Source: Dendrobates tinctorius (taxonomy: Eukaryota). Taken from it: a stretch of DNA of 64,000 bases. Positions 39,132 to 51,372 of this stretch are shown in pieces (the stretch's first letter is position 1; the number at the start of each line of letters is the position of its first letter). Both the position numbers and the translations under genes were made by a program. Location of the stretch: contig NW_027361699.1 of assembly GCF_039654945.1 (NCBI RefSeq), positions 7,564,001 to 7,628,000 of the forward strand, in the 5' to 3' direction. The notes beneath the pieces were generated by a model that saw only the letters and a list, made by a program, of their open reading frames with translations, did not search any database and had not been told where the DNA came from.

Positions 39132-41016
39132 TGCCATGATTCCTTCCCTGTCCCTAACACTAGGAGGCATCTTAGCTCACCCTGTTTCCAGGGTTATTTC
39201 TGTAGGTGAAGATAACCGGACAACGTTCCTTGCCTTAGCTCCTGAATCCACCCTCAGCCTGTACCCTTTCCCTCACACAGGGGAGAGTAGTAGTGCACCA
39301 TAGTATACCAACCAGACTCACATGTTAATAAGAACAGGGGTAACGGAAAATACCAAACACGGGGGAGTGAAGGAGGGGGTTAAACCAAGGTAGGAGAAGA
39401 AAGGGAATTATCAAATTCACAAAGCCAAATGGAGCACCCCACAGGTCCTTAGGTTACTTGGTACCGGGTCGGTCAGGTTCTTAAAGGGGATGCCATGGTA
39501 GCAGTGACTTGGTCCATGGCCCTGGGCGTCCAGTAACAATGGTTAAGTTGTTAAATGAAGGATGATGATAATGGGGAAAATGATACGGAAATTGTAGGGA
39601 AATTAAGTCGTGATGCCACCTGCGGTTTCCAGTCAGGGCTGACCAGCACTGCATAGCAGATCCTCTGGGACTGATGATGATGCAGCTGAGTTGTTATAGC
39701 TCTTCATAGGCAGAGCTTTTGTCCTGGGGCAGTAAAGATGCTATCAGTTCAGACAGTGACTGTGGTGGTGCGAGCAGTGCAGGGCAGGTTAGGCGCAAAT
39801 GACACAGAGGACACAGTGGTGTGCAGTTTCAGAGTTTTACTCACAGTTCACTTGTGCACAGGTGCCCGCTTAGTGCCATGTCCTTCAGGTGATGGGTCCA
39901 GCAAAATCCCAGGTAGATCAGGAAGCACTTTTTCAGGACTCCCTTTGATGTTTGCTTTTCCTCTCGCCATCTCACTGTGCTGGTTGTCACTTCTTCTACT
40001 TAGCGCCTTCACAACCAGTGTCCCTAAGCCAGCAGCTGTAGACCTTGTCGGGCGACGTTGGTCAGGCCCCGGGATCCTATATGGCTCCCTTTTTAAGGAA
40101 TGGTTGTGGTGGTGGCAGAAGTACTTGCAGTTACTTCAGCCTCCGGCTTGCTAGCTGAGCCTTGTTGTTCTCCACTAGTCTTAGGGGCCGGCTCCCCCGC
40201 TGCAACCTGTTCCTTCCACTTCTGGATACGGGCCCCACGTGTGGCTTCCACACTTCCTGTGCCCCAAGGACCCCTTCTCACTGTCTAGGAGCTTCCTTCA
40301 GATGTTCCTCACTACTTTCTGACCCTTGCTCTTCCTACGCCAGTCCTGCTCCTCCGCTGTCCTGTCACCGACTCGCTGACTGACTGACTCCTTCTAGAAC
40401 AATTTTATCACCTCAGCACTAACTCCTCCCACTAACTGTCATGTATTGGTTGTCATCTCTCACACCACTCACAAAGCTCAGCCTCTTCTCTATCCTTCCC
40501 CACTCACATACCAAAACCCTTTCCTAGCCAGCTTGGAATGAGGCCATCCTCCTGTAGAGTACACCCAGATGCCCTGACTGAACTGGTGTGTGTTGGGTGC
40601 AAGTGTTAGAGTCTTGGGTGGTGATCCCTCTTTACCTGAGGGTGGGATACCACACCTCTGGATGAGGTGCAATACCTCTGTGGCAACTGGACCCTCAGGG
40701 GTGCCCCACAAGCAACTGTCACAGATATATCCACCAACTGACTACTTGAATAACCACTAACACCTCTCCTCATAGCCATGCATCATAAGCTATCTCTGAC
40801 AATATATGTTAGACAAGACCCAGATCATATAGGAGATGCGAGTGGCTAGCAGTGCACAGCTGAGAGCCTTAGCTCCAAGAGCTCTCAACAGAGCAGATTA
40901 ACCCCTGCTCTGCCCAAAGAAATTTACACCATTTAATAAGAAGGTGAAGTGCAGGGGTAGGAGAACTCAGAAGCTGTGGTCTTCTGGCTCCTATCTGTCG
41001 CAGTAACCCCATGACA
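39132..41016. mobile_element. Solo LTR containing a nested LTR
   Basis: tgccatg..catgaca ends, 5-bp TSD CTTCA. Confidence 0.78.
39430..40708. mobile_element. Nested solo LTR (~1.28 kb)
   Basis: tggagcacccc / ggggtgcccca ends, flanks caaa / caag. Confidence 0.65.
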
Positions 41017-43284
41017 CTTCAGTATTTGAATCATGTTTGTGTGGAACAATGGCAATAATCAGACCTAAGCAATGCATGCAATTAGTTTCTTTATACAAGA
41101 GGCATCTTGAAGCTGTCATCACCAACAAAGATTTTTGTGTGAAGTGTTAAACAAATTTCAGTATGCATGTTCAATACTTTTTCCCTGTGTCATTTCTCAT
41201 TATCACACATAACTTAATTTATGGACATCTTTGGTTTGATTTATTTGCCTTTATGGTTTGAATGGATTGTTACTGACATCTGATGAGAATTTAATGGCAG
41301 TAGCACCTTTAGAAATATATTTACTTAGAAAATTGGTGAAGTGTTCAATACTTATTTCACCCTCTGTACATAGTTAGGGAGTGGGAGGACTGCTAAATTG
41401 CACATAGGTATCAATGAGAGAGGTCCCTCCACTCGTCCTGTTTACTAGGGTGATGAAAAATCCTAATTACTAAAGAAATCTATGTTAGGTCTTTGGGTCA
41501 TTTCGACAAGGGGTGGAGAGGAGTTCTTGGAATTGGTGACAAAATTGTGGTGGGAGGGCTGCACATTGAGTAGATGGTAACGTCCTATTATCTTTTAAAT
41601 TTTGGCATCTGCTTGGAGAAGTTTGGGACTGTTCAGAGTGGGAGCGATTTGGTCAGTTTAATACAAATGACTCTTCTGTTTGTTTTTTAGGGAAAGATTT
41701 TGAAAAAGGATTTGTAGAAATGGGGAATTAAAAACAGATAGTTAAAGGGGAGGCCTCTACAATACTGCAGTCATACTGTGTAGCAAAAATCATAGTCTCC
41801 TATGAAAGCCACGGGCTGACTTTCATAGAACAGGCATAGGGGTCTTCAGCAGACCTCAACCATTAAGGCAACTAAGAAGGCAGTTAGAACTGTGCACCCC
41901 GATGTAATAAGGGAGCAGTGCTTTTTAACTAAATTTGGGGAATATTGCCAGGGTTCCTTTAATTAAGATAAAGCCAAAGTAGAGGTAACAACATAGATTG
42001 TTAAATGGCTGCGTATACAAGTTTTGAAACACCACGCACACTTCTCTTCAGTGAGATTTGGCCATCATATTGGCACTTGATATAATTAGAGTTTGACAAG
42101 CCAGCTTCAGATGATGACGCTGGCATATTTGTGACCGCTGCCATTGCTGTCACGTAACTGGCAACATCGCAAGGCAATTTTTTTCTTTCCATGCCAGTGA
42201 TCCTCTGACTCATGTTTTAATTCTTTGTTGATTCCAAAGTGTAGAAATGCTAATCTGACATCACCCAGGTCCGCAATCTGCTTCTTGTATTTCACTGTGG
42301 TATGCAAATAATAAAAAAATTATTCTCAATATAAACATGTAAAACATAAATGCATTAGCACAGCAGCGTAGGCCTCAGTTGGAGTGTGACAAAATAATCC
42401 CCTTTCAAAGGCTTACTTCTTAAGCATTAATGTATTTATTTAGAGGAGCTGATTAATAAGCAAATTGTAAGCAACTTATTGTGTTCAGCGTCTTGAGCCA
42501 GCTTCCAAGGTTTTTGGCACTTGGAGTGAGGGTTTACTTGGACGAGTGCATGCCCTGTGCCGGAATGGATCTGGCTAGGTTTAGAATAGCTTAATCTCAT
42601 TAAATGTGTGCAGCTTGGATGAAGACTGCTGCTTAAGTGAACTTCAGGACAAGTGCAGTGGTGTCAAGTCTACAATTTGCTGATGGAATATATCTGCCAA
42701 AAAAGACATTGGGTTATTTGGAACAACAAAATGGGCTGTTACATAAAGTAGTATACAGTCATTTGTTACCAGGGCCGGACTGGGACTAAAATTCAGCCCT
42801 GGCATTTGAAGTTACACAGGCCCACTAGTCACATGGTGACTGTATAATATCTTTGTACACTTGTAGGTTACAAGAAGTGAGAGAAGATTAACACGACTAT
42901 ATAACATGTAGTCACAGCTGTGCCCAGTATTTCAGCTCAGTCCTATTTATTGCTTTTAGGTACAGTACTCCTCCCAAAGCTCTGTCCCCTTTTGTACGCA
43001 CGGTGACAGAATTCCTGGCAGAACTGCTATCCATTGGGCAACCAGACCCCCTGGTCACAGCTGCCCCTATCATACCTCCCAACTTATAAAGAAGGGAAAG
43101 AGGGAGAAAGACAGCGGCGTGCGCAGCGCGCCGCTGCAAATTTTAGGCCACGCCCCAGCTAAATCCATTTCACAACTAGTCACACCCATGTCCACGCCCA
43201 ACCCCACCCACTTAGCACTGCTGATCACACTGACTGGTACTGAGGGCACAGTGGCTGGCATTATGGGCATACTGACTGGCACTA

Positions 43285-43650
43285 AGGAAGAGAGAAAACA
43301 GAGAGAGAGAGAAAAAAAAAACAGAGAGAAAGAAAGGAGAGCGAGAGAGAAAGAAAGAACAGAGAGAGAAAAAAAGCGGGGAAAGAAAGAAAGAACAGAG
43401 AGAGTCAGAGAAAGAACAGAGAGAGAAAGAAAGAAGTAAAGAAAAGAAAGAAAGAACATAGAGAAAGAAAGAGAGGAAAGAAAAAGAAATAAAGAGGGGA
43501 AGAAAGAACAGAGAGAGAAAGAAAAAGGAAAGATTAGAGAGAGAAAGAAAGAACAGAGAGAGAGAAAGAAAATGAGGGAAAGACAGAACAGAGAATGAGA
43601 AAGAAATAACAGAGAAAGAAAGAAAAAGATCGAAAGAAATAAAGAAAGAT
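43285..43650. repeat. GA-rich low-complexity tract
   Basis: Almost pure purine (agaa/agag)n. Confidence 0.9.
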
Positions 43651-43969
43651 TCTATAAAGATACTATAGCAGCCCGGCTCCCATTGTAGTGCCCACCTGAG
43701 CCTACCAGTGCAGGACATATCATGATCCGCTCACATGGCCGGCATCCCCGATTCCAAGGCGATCCTGCTGTCTGCGCTGTCGGAGGAGGACATGGTGATG
43801 GAACTGAAGCATTCCTAGTTCCGTCACAATCTCCCATGAAATTATCTTATTTTCGGTCAGCTTCCAGCATATCACTTCCGGTGGAACGTCATGTGTGAGT
43901 TTTAAAATGCTCCTCGGGGCTCCGCCGTGTACTCCTGTGTCCGTGGGAAAAGCCCGCTTTGTATGCTTC

Positions 43970-44243
43970 ATACACACTTGGCTCCGCTCCGTACATCCCG
44001 TACACATATGGCTCCACTCCGTACACATGTGGCTCCTCTCCGTACACCTCGTACACACACGGCTCCGCTCCGTACACCTCATACATGCGGCTCCGTTCCG
44101 TACGCCTCGTACACGCGGCTCCGTTCTGTACACCTCATACACACACGGCTCCGCTCCGTACACCTCGTACACACGCGGCTCCGCTCTGTACACCTCATAC
44201 ACACGCAGCTCCGCTCCGTACACCTCATACACACACAGCTCTG
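43970..44243. repeat. ~30-bp minisatellite
   Basis: Units ggctccgctccgtacacctcRtacacac. Confidence 0.9.
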
Positions 44244-44304
44244 CAACATCTATCCTGTAAACCCCTCCTGACCCCACACATATCAGGCACATTGCATCTC
44301 CCCT

Positions 44305-44740
44305 GCCAGCCTCAGCTCAGGGCCTCAGGCAGATTGCGACCCCCCATCCAGCCTCAGCTCAGGGCCTCAGGCAGATTGCGGCCCCCCCAACCAGCCTCAG
44401 CTCAGGGCCTTAGGCAGATTGCGGCCCCCCAGCCAGCCTCAGGCAGATTGCGGCCCCCAGCCAGCCTCAGCTCAGGGCCTCAGGCAGATTGCGACCCCCC
44501 ATCCAGCCTCAGCTCAGGGTCTCAGGCAGATTGCGGCCCCCCAGCCAGCCTCAGCTCAGGGCCTCACACAGATTGTGGCCCCCCAGCCAGCCTCAGCTCA
44601 GGGCCTCAGGCAGATTGCGGCCCCCAAGCCAGCCTCAGCTCAGGGCCTCAGGCAGATTGCGGCCCCCCAGCCAGCCTCAGCTCAGGGCCTCAGGCAGATT
44701 GCGGCCCCCCCAGCCAACCTCAGCTCAGCCTTAGGCAGAT
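44305..44740. repeat. ~43-bp GC-rich minisatellite
   Basis: Units cagcctcagctcagggcctcaggcagattgcggcccccc. Confidence 0.9.
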
Positions 44741-45374
44741 GGCGCCCACCGCCCGACCTCCCCACCCCCAGGCCCTCTTTATAACTAAACTCACCCCCGC
44801 CCCGTCCAACTTACTGGAGTCAGGACCTGTCCTGAAGCCTGCCCTGAACCAACGCGTGGGGGTAGGAGACTAACAGCAGCAGCCGCTCCTGGATTTCTGC
44901 TGCTGCCCTGGACGCCGTCGCCGATGATAGGACGCGACACAGTGAGACATGAGTAGGCGCTGCCTGCCCTGCAGGCAACCATTGACGTCACAGCGTGCGC
45001 TCTCCTGCTCCGCCCTCAAAGAACGCGCTGCTATGTGCAGTTTCACGTCGCCGCGCGTTCTTAACCCCTAGGGTGCAAGAGCCACCCCAAAATCTGCAGT
45101 GCGAGCCGCGCACCTTTGAAACCACCGCCATGACCGCAAATTTAAAGGGCCAGCGGCGGGTAAAAGAGGCCGGTGGCCGCCGCATTAGCCTGCGGCCCAC
45201 AACGGGCTAATAAATAGCGGCCCACCAGGAAAATGCCCGGTTGGGCAGATTACCAATCTGGGCCTGTTTGTTACCTTCATTCTCTAATAATTATTATGCA
45301 AAATCATTTTTATAACAGGTGAAAAAATTATTAAAAAGTGTAATGGAATATTTTGTTTTATGTTGTGTTAGTTA

Positions 45375-45701
45375 ATATGCTGTAGATCTAGCAGTTCTCT
45401 GAATGCTGAGCTCTGTATAACTCCACCCACATTACTGATTGGCAGATTTCTGTGTACACTGTGCATTGGCCGAAAACAGCCAATCAGTTGTGTGGGCGGA
45501 GTTTTTACAGACCTCATTAATATGGAGAACTATATGGCAGAATGTATACTAGTCATCTAGTGATAATCTCCAGCTGATAAAAACAGTGATTTTATCAAAA
45601 CTACACTGGCCCAGTAGGTGATACATAGCAGGAATCAGGGTCTCTGTCTCTAAATTATGCTGTTCTGAGATTAGGTGGCAAAAACCTGTGGCGGGTTCCC
45701 T
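45375..45701. mobile_element. Kolobok/T2-type MITE fragment
   Basis: Right end aaaacctg..ggttccct+TTAA. Left boundary approximate. Confidence 0.55.
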
Positions 45702-46724
45702 TTAATGTAGCAAACATGATGTGTAAGGGGACCTCTAGACTCCTTCACAAAAAAAAAACTGCTATCAAGCATCTTAGATTTCAGGAAGTCCAATCCTTTG
45801 TTCTGGTGACAGATAGACCACTGTCAGAGATATCGGGCAGAAACTTTTCTCTTTCGCTTCATTATAGAATAAACATGTAAAATGATCAGGGAGGCATCTA
45901 TGAAGGATGTAAGTGCACCCAAGATCATCTCATCAGCATAAACAGTTGCCATGAACTCTAAGATAGTCACAAAAAGGAATTCTGGAATCTTCTCAAATCC
46001 GCTGCACTCTTTGTGGTCAAGCTTAAAGGTGTGCATAAAAGGGAGTGTTATCACAAAGCACCCGGTGGGAGACATAGCCCATGTAAAAGTTACGCTGTTT
46101 GTGTTCTAATCCTTTGCTGCATTTGTTCTAATGAGGCGCTCAGTACACCATTGGAATAAAAGACAATTTCTAGCAAATGCAAGAACAGATTTGGACACTA
46201 AAGTCTGCAATGTGTTTGTATTGTATATACAATATGTGTTTTACTACAGTAACTGGAAAGCACAAGTATGGGCTTACAATGTGTGACACAGTAAATGTGC
46301 CCACATACATTAGATGAAACTTGTTGGATCTTCCTATTTCACTAGAACAGGACAACAATCACATTTTTTGGGGGGCCACTTGATTCTTTCCCAATGTCTC
46401 CTATCATATATATTTTATCCTTTGGTTTGAAAGAGTATAAGCCATTGATAGATTTGTCTGTCAGAAGCTTTAATTATCTTCTGTTTCGCAACAAAGAAGA
46501 TTACAGCTCAGGACAAGACTTTACAATCGTTTTTCAGACTCATTGTATCAGAGCATGTTGCTGTTTAACTGCAGCACGGACCAGCAAGAGATCTGTGGGT
46601 TGGGATATGCTTAACTAGACAACATCCTGCTCTGGCTTCTCAGACACTATCTTTATCCCGCCACTGCCTGCCATCTGCTGATTTGAAGTTACTGTACAGG
46701 TTTCCTTATAGTCAAAAAATTTAA

Positions 46725-47103
46725 AGGGAATGTGTCAGCAGGATTTTGCTACTTCATCTGAGAGCAGCATGTTATTGGCAAAGAGAAGCTGAACCCAATT
46801 ATGTATCAGTTAGATTACTGGGCGTAACCGTACTGATAGAATCAGAGCTTTTAGATTTAGAATGAAGCAGAGCTGAGAAAGCTAACCCCGCCCACACCAG
46901 GCTTTCCATGTATAAAGTCGATAGACAGTGAGGTGCTTAGTTGTGCACTAGTCTGCCAATGTTAATCTCTTAGTGATAAATCTTTCACAGTTAGTAAATA
47001 ACTGCACACACTTTGACAAGTGACGTATCCCTGAATTCTGTGTTTCAGCCTCTATCTCCTGCTGTCCTCAGTTTACATAGCAAAAAGCTGCTGACAGATT
47101 CTC
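46725..47103. mobile_element. Kolobok/T2-type MITE
   Basis: TTAA+agggaatgtgtcagcagg / ctgctgacagattc. Confidence 0.7.
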
Positions 47104-47197
47104 AGAACAATAACCATAATATAAAGCCAGATGATGAAATCAGAACTAGAAAAACTGTGGATATGAGATAACAGTAAGAATATTGATGCCAAGTCAT

Positions 47198-47562
47198 AGG
47201 GTATGTTTCCACGTGGCGTAATTCATCCTGATTTGCTGCGGATTGAACACTGCATACAGCCGCAGCGTTTAATCCGCAGCGTCAAGATGTTACAGCATAG
47301 TGGAGGGGATTTTATGAAATCCCGTCTCCACTATGCGTGCAAGAACGCAGGTGACACACCGCAGCATGTCTATTTATCTTGCATAGATGCTCCGCCTATG
47401 CAAGATAAATTACACAGTCTATGGATATGATGCGGTGATACCGCATGTGTTCAATGAGCACATGCGGTATCACCGTGCATAGAAAGGGGGCGGCGCTTTG
47501 GACGGAGTGGGGTTTCCGCAGCGTCCAAAGCGCCAGCAATCCTGAACGTGGAAACATACCCT
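47198..47562. mobile_element. Harbinger-like MITE
   Basis: Perfect 17-bp TIR agggtatgtttccacgt / acgtggaaacataccct. Confidence 0.8.
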
Positions 47563-48239
47563 AAAAGGAATGTCTACTTTTCAACAATAGGAAGGGCCAC
47601 TAGAAGTTTAGTTAATCATAGGTTGTGCTCCTGCTCAGACCTCAGCATTGGAGACCTGGCACGTGTTCCATAACTTTGCAGCACCACTATAATGTCTACA
47701 CATGATGGATTCTGGAGAGACACTTTCTTAATCCTATAAAATGAAATATTCTTTTTCATGTTATTGCTCATTTTTCTGTAGGACAAGTTGTATCTTTAAT
47801 ACCACAATTCTTTAGCTATAAATTACATATTTAAAAACTGTTATTAATTTTCTGAAAGGAACTATTTCTATTTTTTATTTTTTATAAAAAACAAAATTTC
47901 TGCAATTTCATTTTAGTTTTAGTTTTCTATTTCATAGTGTTTCACCTATCACTAAACATTTATATTTTGGGAGCTATAGCTTTTTATTTTACCATGAACA
48001 GAGCTTTGTAGGGGCTTGCTTTTTTGGGATTAGATGTAGGATTATTTATTGGTGCTATTTTTCTTGTACAACTTTTCCAACAATTTTTAATTTTTTTTTT
48101 TTTTTTTTAAACAGAATAAACAAAAAAAGCATTTTTAATGACATTCAGCTAGCGGGATATACATAACATGTTAGCTTTTATTATTTCATATTTTTATTCA
48201 TATTGAATATTTCTGTAATAAGAAAATATCATTATATTT

Positions 48240-48276
48240 GTTTTTTCAATGTTCTCATATTATAATTATTATTATG

Positions 48277-48313
<37 letters not shown>

Positions 48314-48380
48314 GTAGTAGTAGTAGCATTTATTATGTTTTATTTGCTCTCATATTATTATTAGTAGTAGTAGTAGTATC
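48240..48380. repeat. (TTA)n/(TAG)n compound minisatellite, left of Penelope
   Basis: Unit gcatttattatgttttatttgctctcata(tta)n(gta)n. Confidence 0.85.
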
Positions 48381-48795
48381 AAACCCCTCTGTTCCATATT
48401 ATTATTTGTTGAACAGACACAAGCACAATATTTGAACAATTTATAAATATGTTTTTATTATTCCACATGGAAATTTTTTTAATACATAATAACAAAAAGA
48501 AAAATATACAAGCTAAAATGACCTCTGTGGCAGAACTGAAAAAGGCTACAGACCACTTTCAACACATGATTGTATAGATACAATTATAAACCAGTACTGG
48601 CCCTTTAATGTTAATAATAAAGTGTTAAAAATTCATTAACCTCCAATAAATGTATTAAGCCCGGCAAAGCCATAGCTAATAAACACCAAAAAAGATGGAG
48701 TAATACTAATGTAATTCCCCACAGCAAGGAACCAGTAACCGCAATAAAGATACAATATGAACTCACATGTATAGAGCCTTGTGCCACGTCCCTCA

Positions 48796-48829
48796 CCCCG
48801 ACGCGCGTTTCATCCTCTTCATCAGGGGG
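48796..48829 (-). ncRNA. Minimal type I hammerhead ribozyme motif in Penelope terminal repeat
   Basis: Minus strand reads CCCC CUGAUGA AGAGGAU GAAAC GCGC GUC GGGG: intact core boxes, 1-bp stem II, palindromic stem III, GUC triplet. Confidence 0.8.
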
Positions 48830-49140
48830 CGTATCGGGGAAGAGGGAGAGCGTGTTTTTAAATTGTACGCCAATCAAAATGCACTAAATGTGATCACATG
48901 TGTTCATTAGAAAAAGCCGAACTAAATGCAGCGCGCCGTATCATATCACCGCTGCCTCACAAATGACCCGTCATCTCCGGCTAGTGAGACGCAAACACCC
49001 AGGTTGCCATAGTATCAGGCACACGTGTGTGTCAGCCGACTCTGAATTGCCGGGGATATCAGAGTCCCAGCGCTGGTGAATGGAACTGTGTGCTCAATAG
49101 TAGCTATTCCAATATAGCTTCACAAACTGAATACCATATA

Positions 49141-50746
49141 CAGTGGGGCAAAAAAGTATTTAGTCAGTCAGCAATAGTGCAAGTTCCACCACTTATAAAG
49201 ATGAGAGGCGTCTGTAATTTACATCATAGGTAGACCTCAACTATGGGAGACAAACTGAGAAAAAAAAATCCAGAAAATCACATTGTCTGTTTTTTTTTCA
49301 TTTTATTTGCATATTATGGTGGAAAATAAGTATTTGGTCAGAAACAAGCAATCAAGATTTCTGGCTCTCACAGACCTGTAACTTCTTCTTTAAGAGTCTC
49401 CTCTTTCCTCCACTCATTACCTGTAGTAATGGCACCTGTTTAAACTTGTTATCAGTATAAAAAGACACCTGTGCACACCCTCAAACAGTCTGACTCCAAA
49501 CTCCACTATGGTGAAGACCAAAGAGCTGTCAAAGGACACCAGAAACAAAATTGTAGCCCTGCACCAGGCTGGGAAGACTGAATCTGCAATAGCCAACCAG
49601 CTTGGAGTGAAGAAATCAACTGTAGGAGCAATAATTAGAAAATGGAAGACATACAAGACCACTGATAATCTCCCTCGATCTGGTGCTCCACGCAAAATCC
49701 CACCCCGTGGGGTCAGAATGATCACAAGAATGGTGAGCAAAAATCCCAGAACCACGCGGGGGGACCTAGTGAATGAACTGCAGAGAGCTGGGACCAATGT
49801 AACAAGGCCTACCATAAGTAACACACTACGCCACCATGGACTCAGATCCTGCAGTGCCAGACGTGTCCCACTGCTTAAGCTTGTACATGTCCGGGCCCGT
49901 CTGAAGTTTGCTAGAGAGCATTTGGATGATCCAGAGGAGTTTTGGGAGAATGTCCTATGGTCTGATGAAACCAAACTGGAACTGTTTGGTAGAAACACAA
50001 CTTGTCGTGTTTGGAGGAAAAAGAATAATGAGTTGCATCCATCAAACACCATACCTACTGTAAAGCATGGTGGTGGAAACATCATGCTTTGGGGCTGTTT
50101 CTCTGCAAAGGGGCCAGGACGACTGATCTGGGTACATGAAAGAATGAATGGGGCCATGTATCGTGAGATTTTGAGTGCAAACCTCCTTCCATCAGCAAGG
50201 GCATTGAATATGAAACGTGGCTGGGTCTTTCAACATGACAATGATCCAAAGCACACCACCAGGGCAATGAAGGAGTGGCTTCATAAGAAGCATTTCAAGG
50301 TCTTGGAGTGGCCTAGCCAGTCTCCAGATCTCAACCCTATAGAAAACCTTTGGAGGGAGTTGAAAGTCCGTGTTGCCAAGCGAAAAGCCAAAAACATCAC
50401 TGCTCTAGAGGAGATCTGCATGGAGGAATGGGCCAACATACCAACAACAGTGTGTGGCAACCTTGTGAAGACTTACAGAAAACGTTTGACCTCTGTCATT
50501 GCCAACAAAGGATATATCACAAAGTATTGAGATGAAATTTTGTTTCTGACCAAATACTTATTTTCCACCATAATATGCAAATAAAATGAAAAAAAAACAG
50601 ACAATGTGATTTTCTGGATTTTTTTTTCTCAGTTTGTCTCCCATAGTTGAGGTCTACCTATGATGTAAATTACAAACGCCTCTCATCTTTTTAAGTGGTG
50701 GAACTTGCACTATTGCTGACTGACTAAATCCTTTTTGGCCCCACTG
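49141..50746 (+). mobile_element. Full-length Tc1/DD34E transposon, copy C, inserted in Penelope left arm
   Basis: TA TSD confirmed by the empty site in the right arm (55741-55760). ~205-bp TIRs. Confidence 0.97.
49508..50530 (+). CDS. Tc1 DD34E transposase, 340 aa
   Basis: Open ORF with DD34E intact; 9 aa differences from the 25460 copy. Confidence 0.95.
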   Translation: MVKTKELSKDTRNKIVALHQAGKTESAIANQLGVKKSTVGAIIRKWKTYKTTDNLPRSGAPRKIPPRGVRMITRMVSKNPRTTRGDLVNELQRAGTNVTRPTISNTLRHHGLRSCSARRVPLLKLVHVRARLKFAREHLDDPEEFWENVLWSDETKLELFGRNTTCRVWRKKNNELHPSNTIPTVKHGGGNIMLWGCFSAKGPGRLIWVHERMNGAMYREILSANLLPSARALNMKRGWVFQHDNDPKHTTRAMKEWLHKKHFKVLEWPSQSPDLNPIENLWRELKVRVAKRKAKNITALEEICMEEWANIPTTVCGNLVKTYRKRLTSVIANKGYITKY

Positions 50747-51372
50747 TAAAAGGGACTATGTGCTTATTACATACCGAAAGTGCATAGAATATTTAGATCA
50801 TATTAATTTATACACTAGATAACGTAAAAAAGTGACAATGTGCATTAGTCATACAATAACAGAGCATAATTGCTCATATCATTATACAAGTCATCATAAA
50901 TCTAAAGTGCTTAAATTTTTATGTTCAAATAATACCAAATATATTTTACCATATAAGACAATATACTCAAATAATTAAATATATATTTTAACAGTGTTCA
51001 TTAATTTATAATAGTAATTTATAATAAAATTAAATAATTACAGTGCAGAAAAATATACAGTAATTTACAATATACAGTACGTGAATTATAATGTGCAAAT
51101 TATGAGATACAAAACAGATATATAGAACAATAATTTTTTATATATGTATTCTTCATAAATTATATATATGAATAATTGATGGACGTGTAGATCGCAGTAG
51201 TATATTCTTTAGCAATTATTCTTGATGGTTTCCAGACAACACAATTATATGACAAAAAAGCGCCAAACAACTAAAATAAATAAATAAAAACAATGATTAG
51301 TACAATAAAAACACCCTATTTCTCCCCAACCCCTTAAAAAACAATAGCAATAATAACAAGGAACAATCCCTT

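Larger units (their letters stand above)
38660..41366 (+). mobile_element. 5'-truncated degenerate Tc1, related to the 17963-20347 family
   Basis: WSNETK-like and PDLNPIEN-like remnants. Right TIR tttacttagaaaattggtga..caatacttatttcaccctctg+TA. Confidence 0.8.
42770..45266. mobile_element. Non-autonomous hAT element with satellite cargo
   Basis: Perfect 8-bp TSD TTTGTTAC. TIRs cagggccggactgg / ccaatctgggcctg. Confidence 0.88.

Noticed and set aside
43070-43718. Arg/Glu/Lys-rich and Phe/Leu/Ser-rich ORFs
   Set aside because: Artefacts of the GA-rich tract.
43970-44740. CRISPR-like periodicity
   Set aside because: Contiguous tandem units with no unique spacers, no cas genes, eukaryotic context.
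43720-44873. Long repetitive ORFs (190 aa, 304 aa and others)
   Set aside because: Translations of stop-poor minisatellites inside a non-autonomous hAT.
48611-48877. 88-aa hydrophobic ORF, repeated at 56017..56283
   Set aside because: Lies in the Penelope terminal repeat over the ribozyme. The duplication explains the repeat, and there is no ATG start or domain support.
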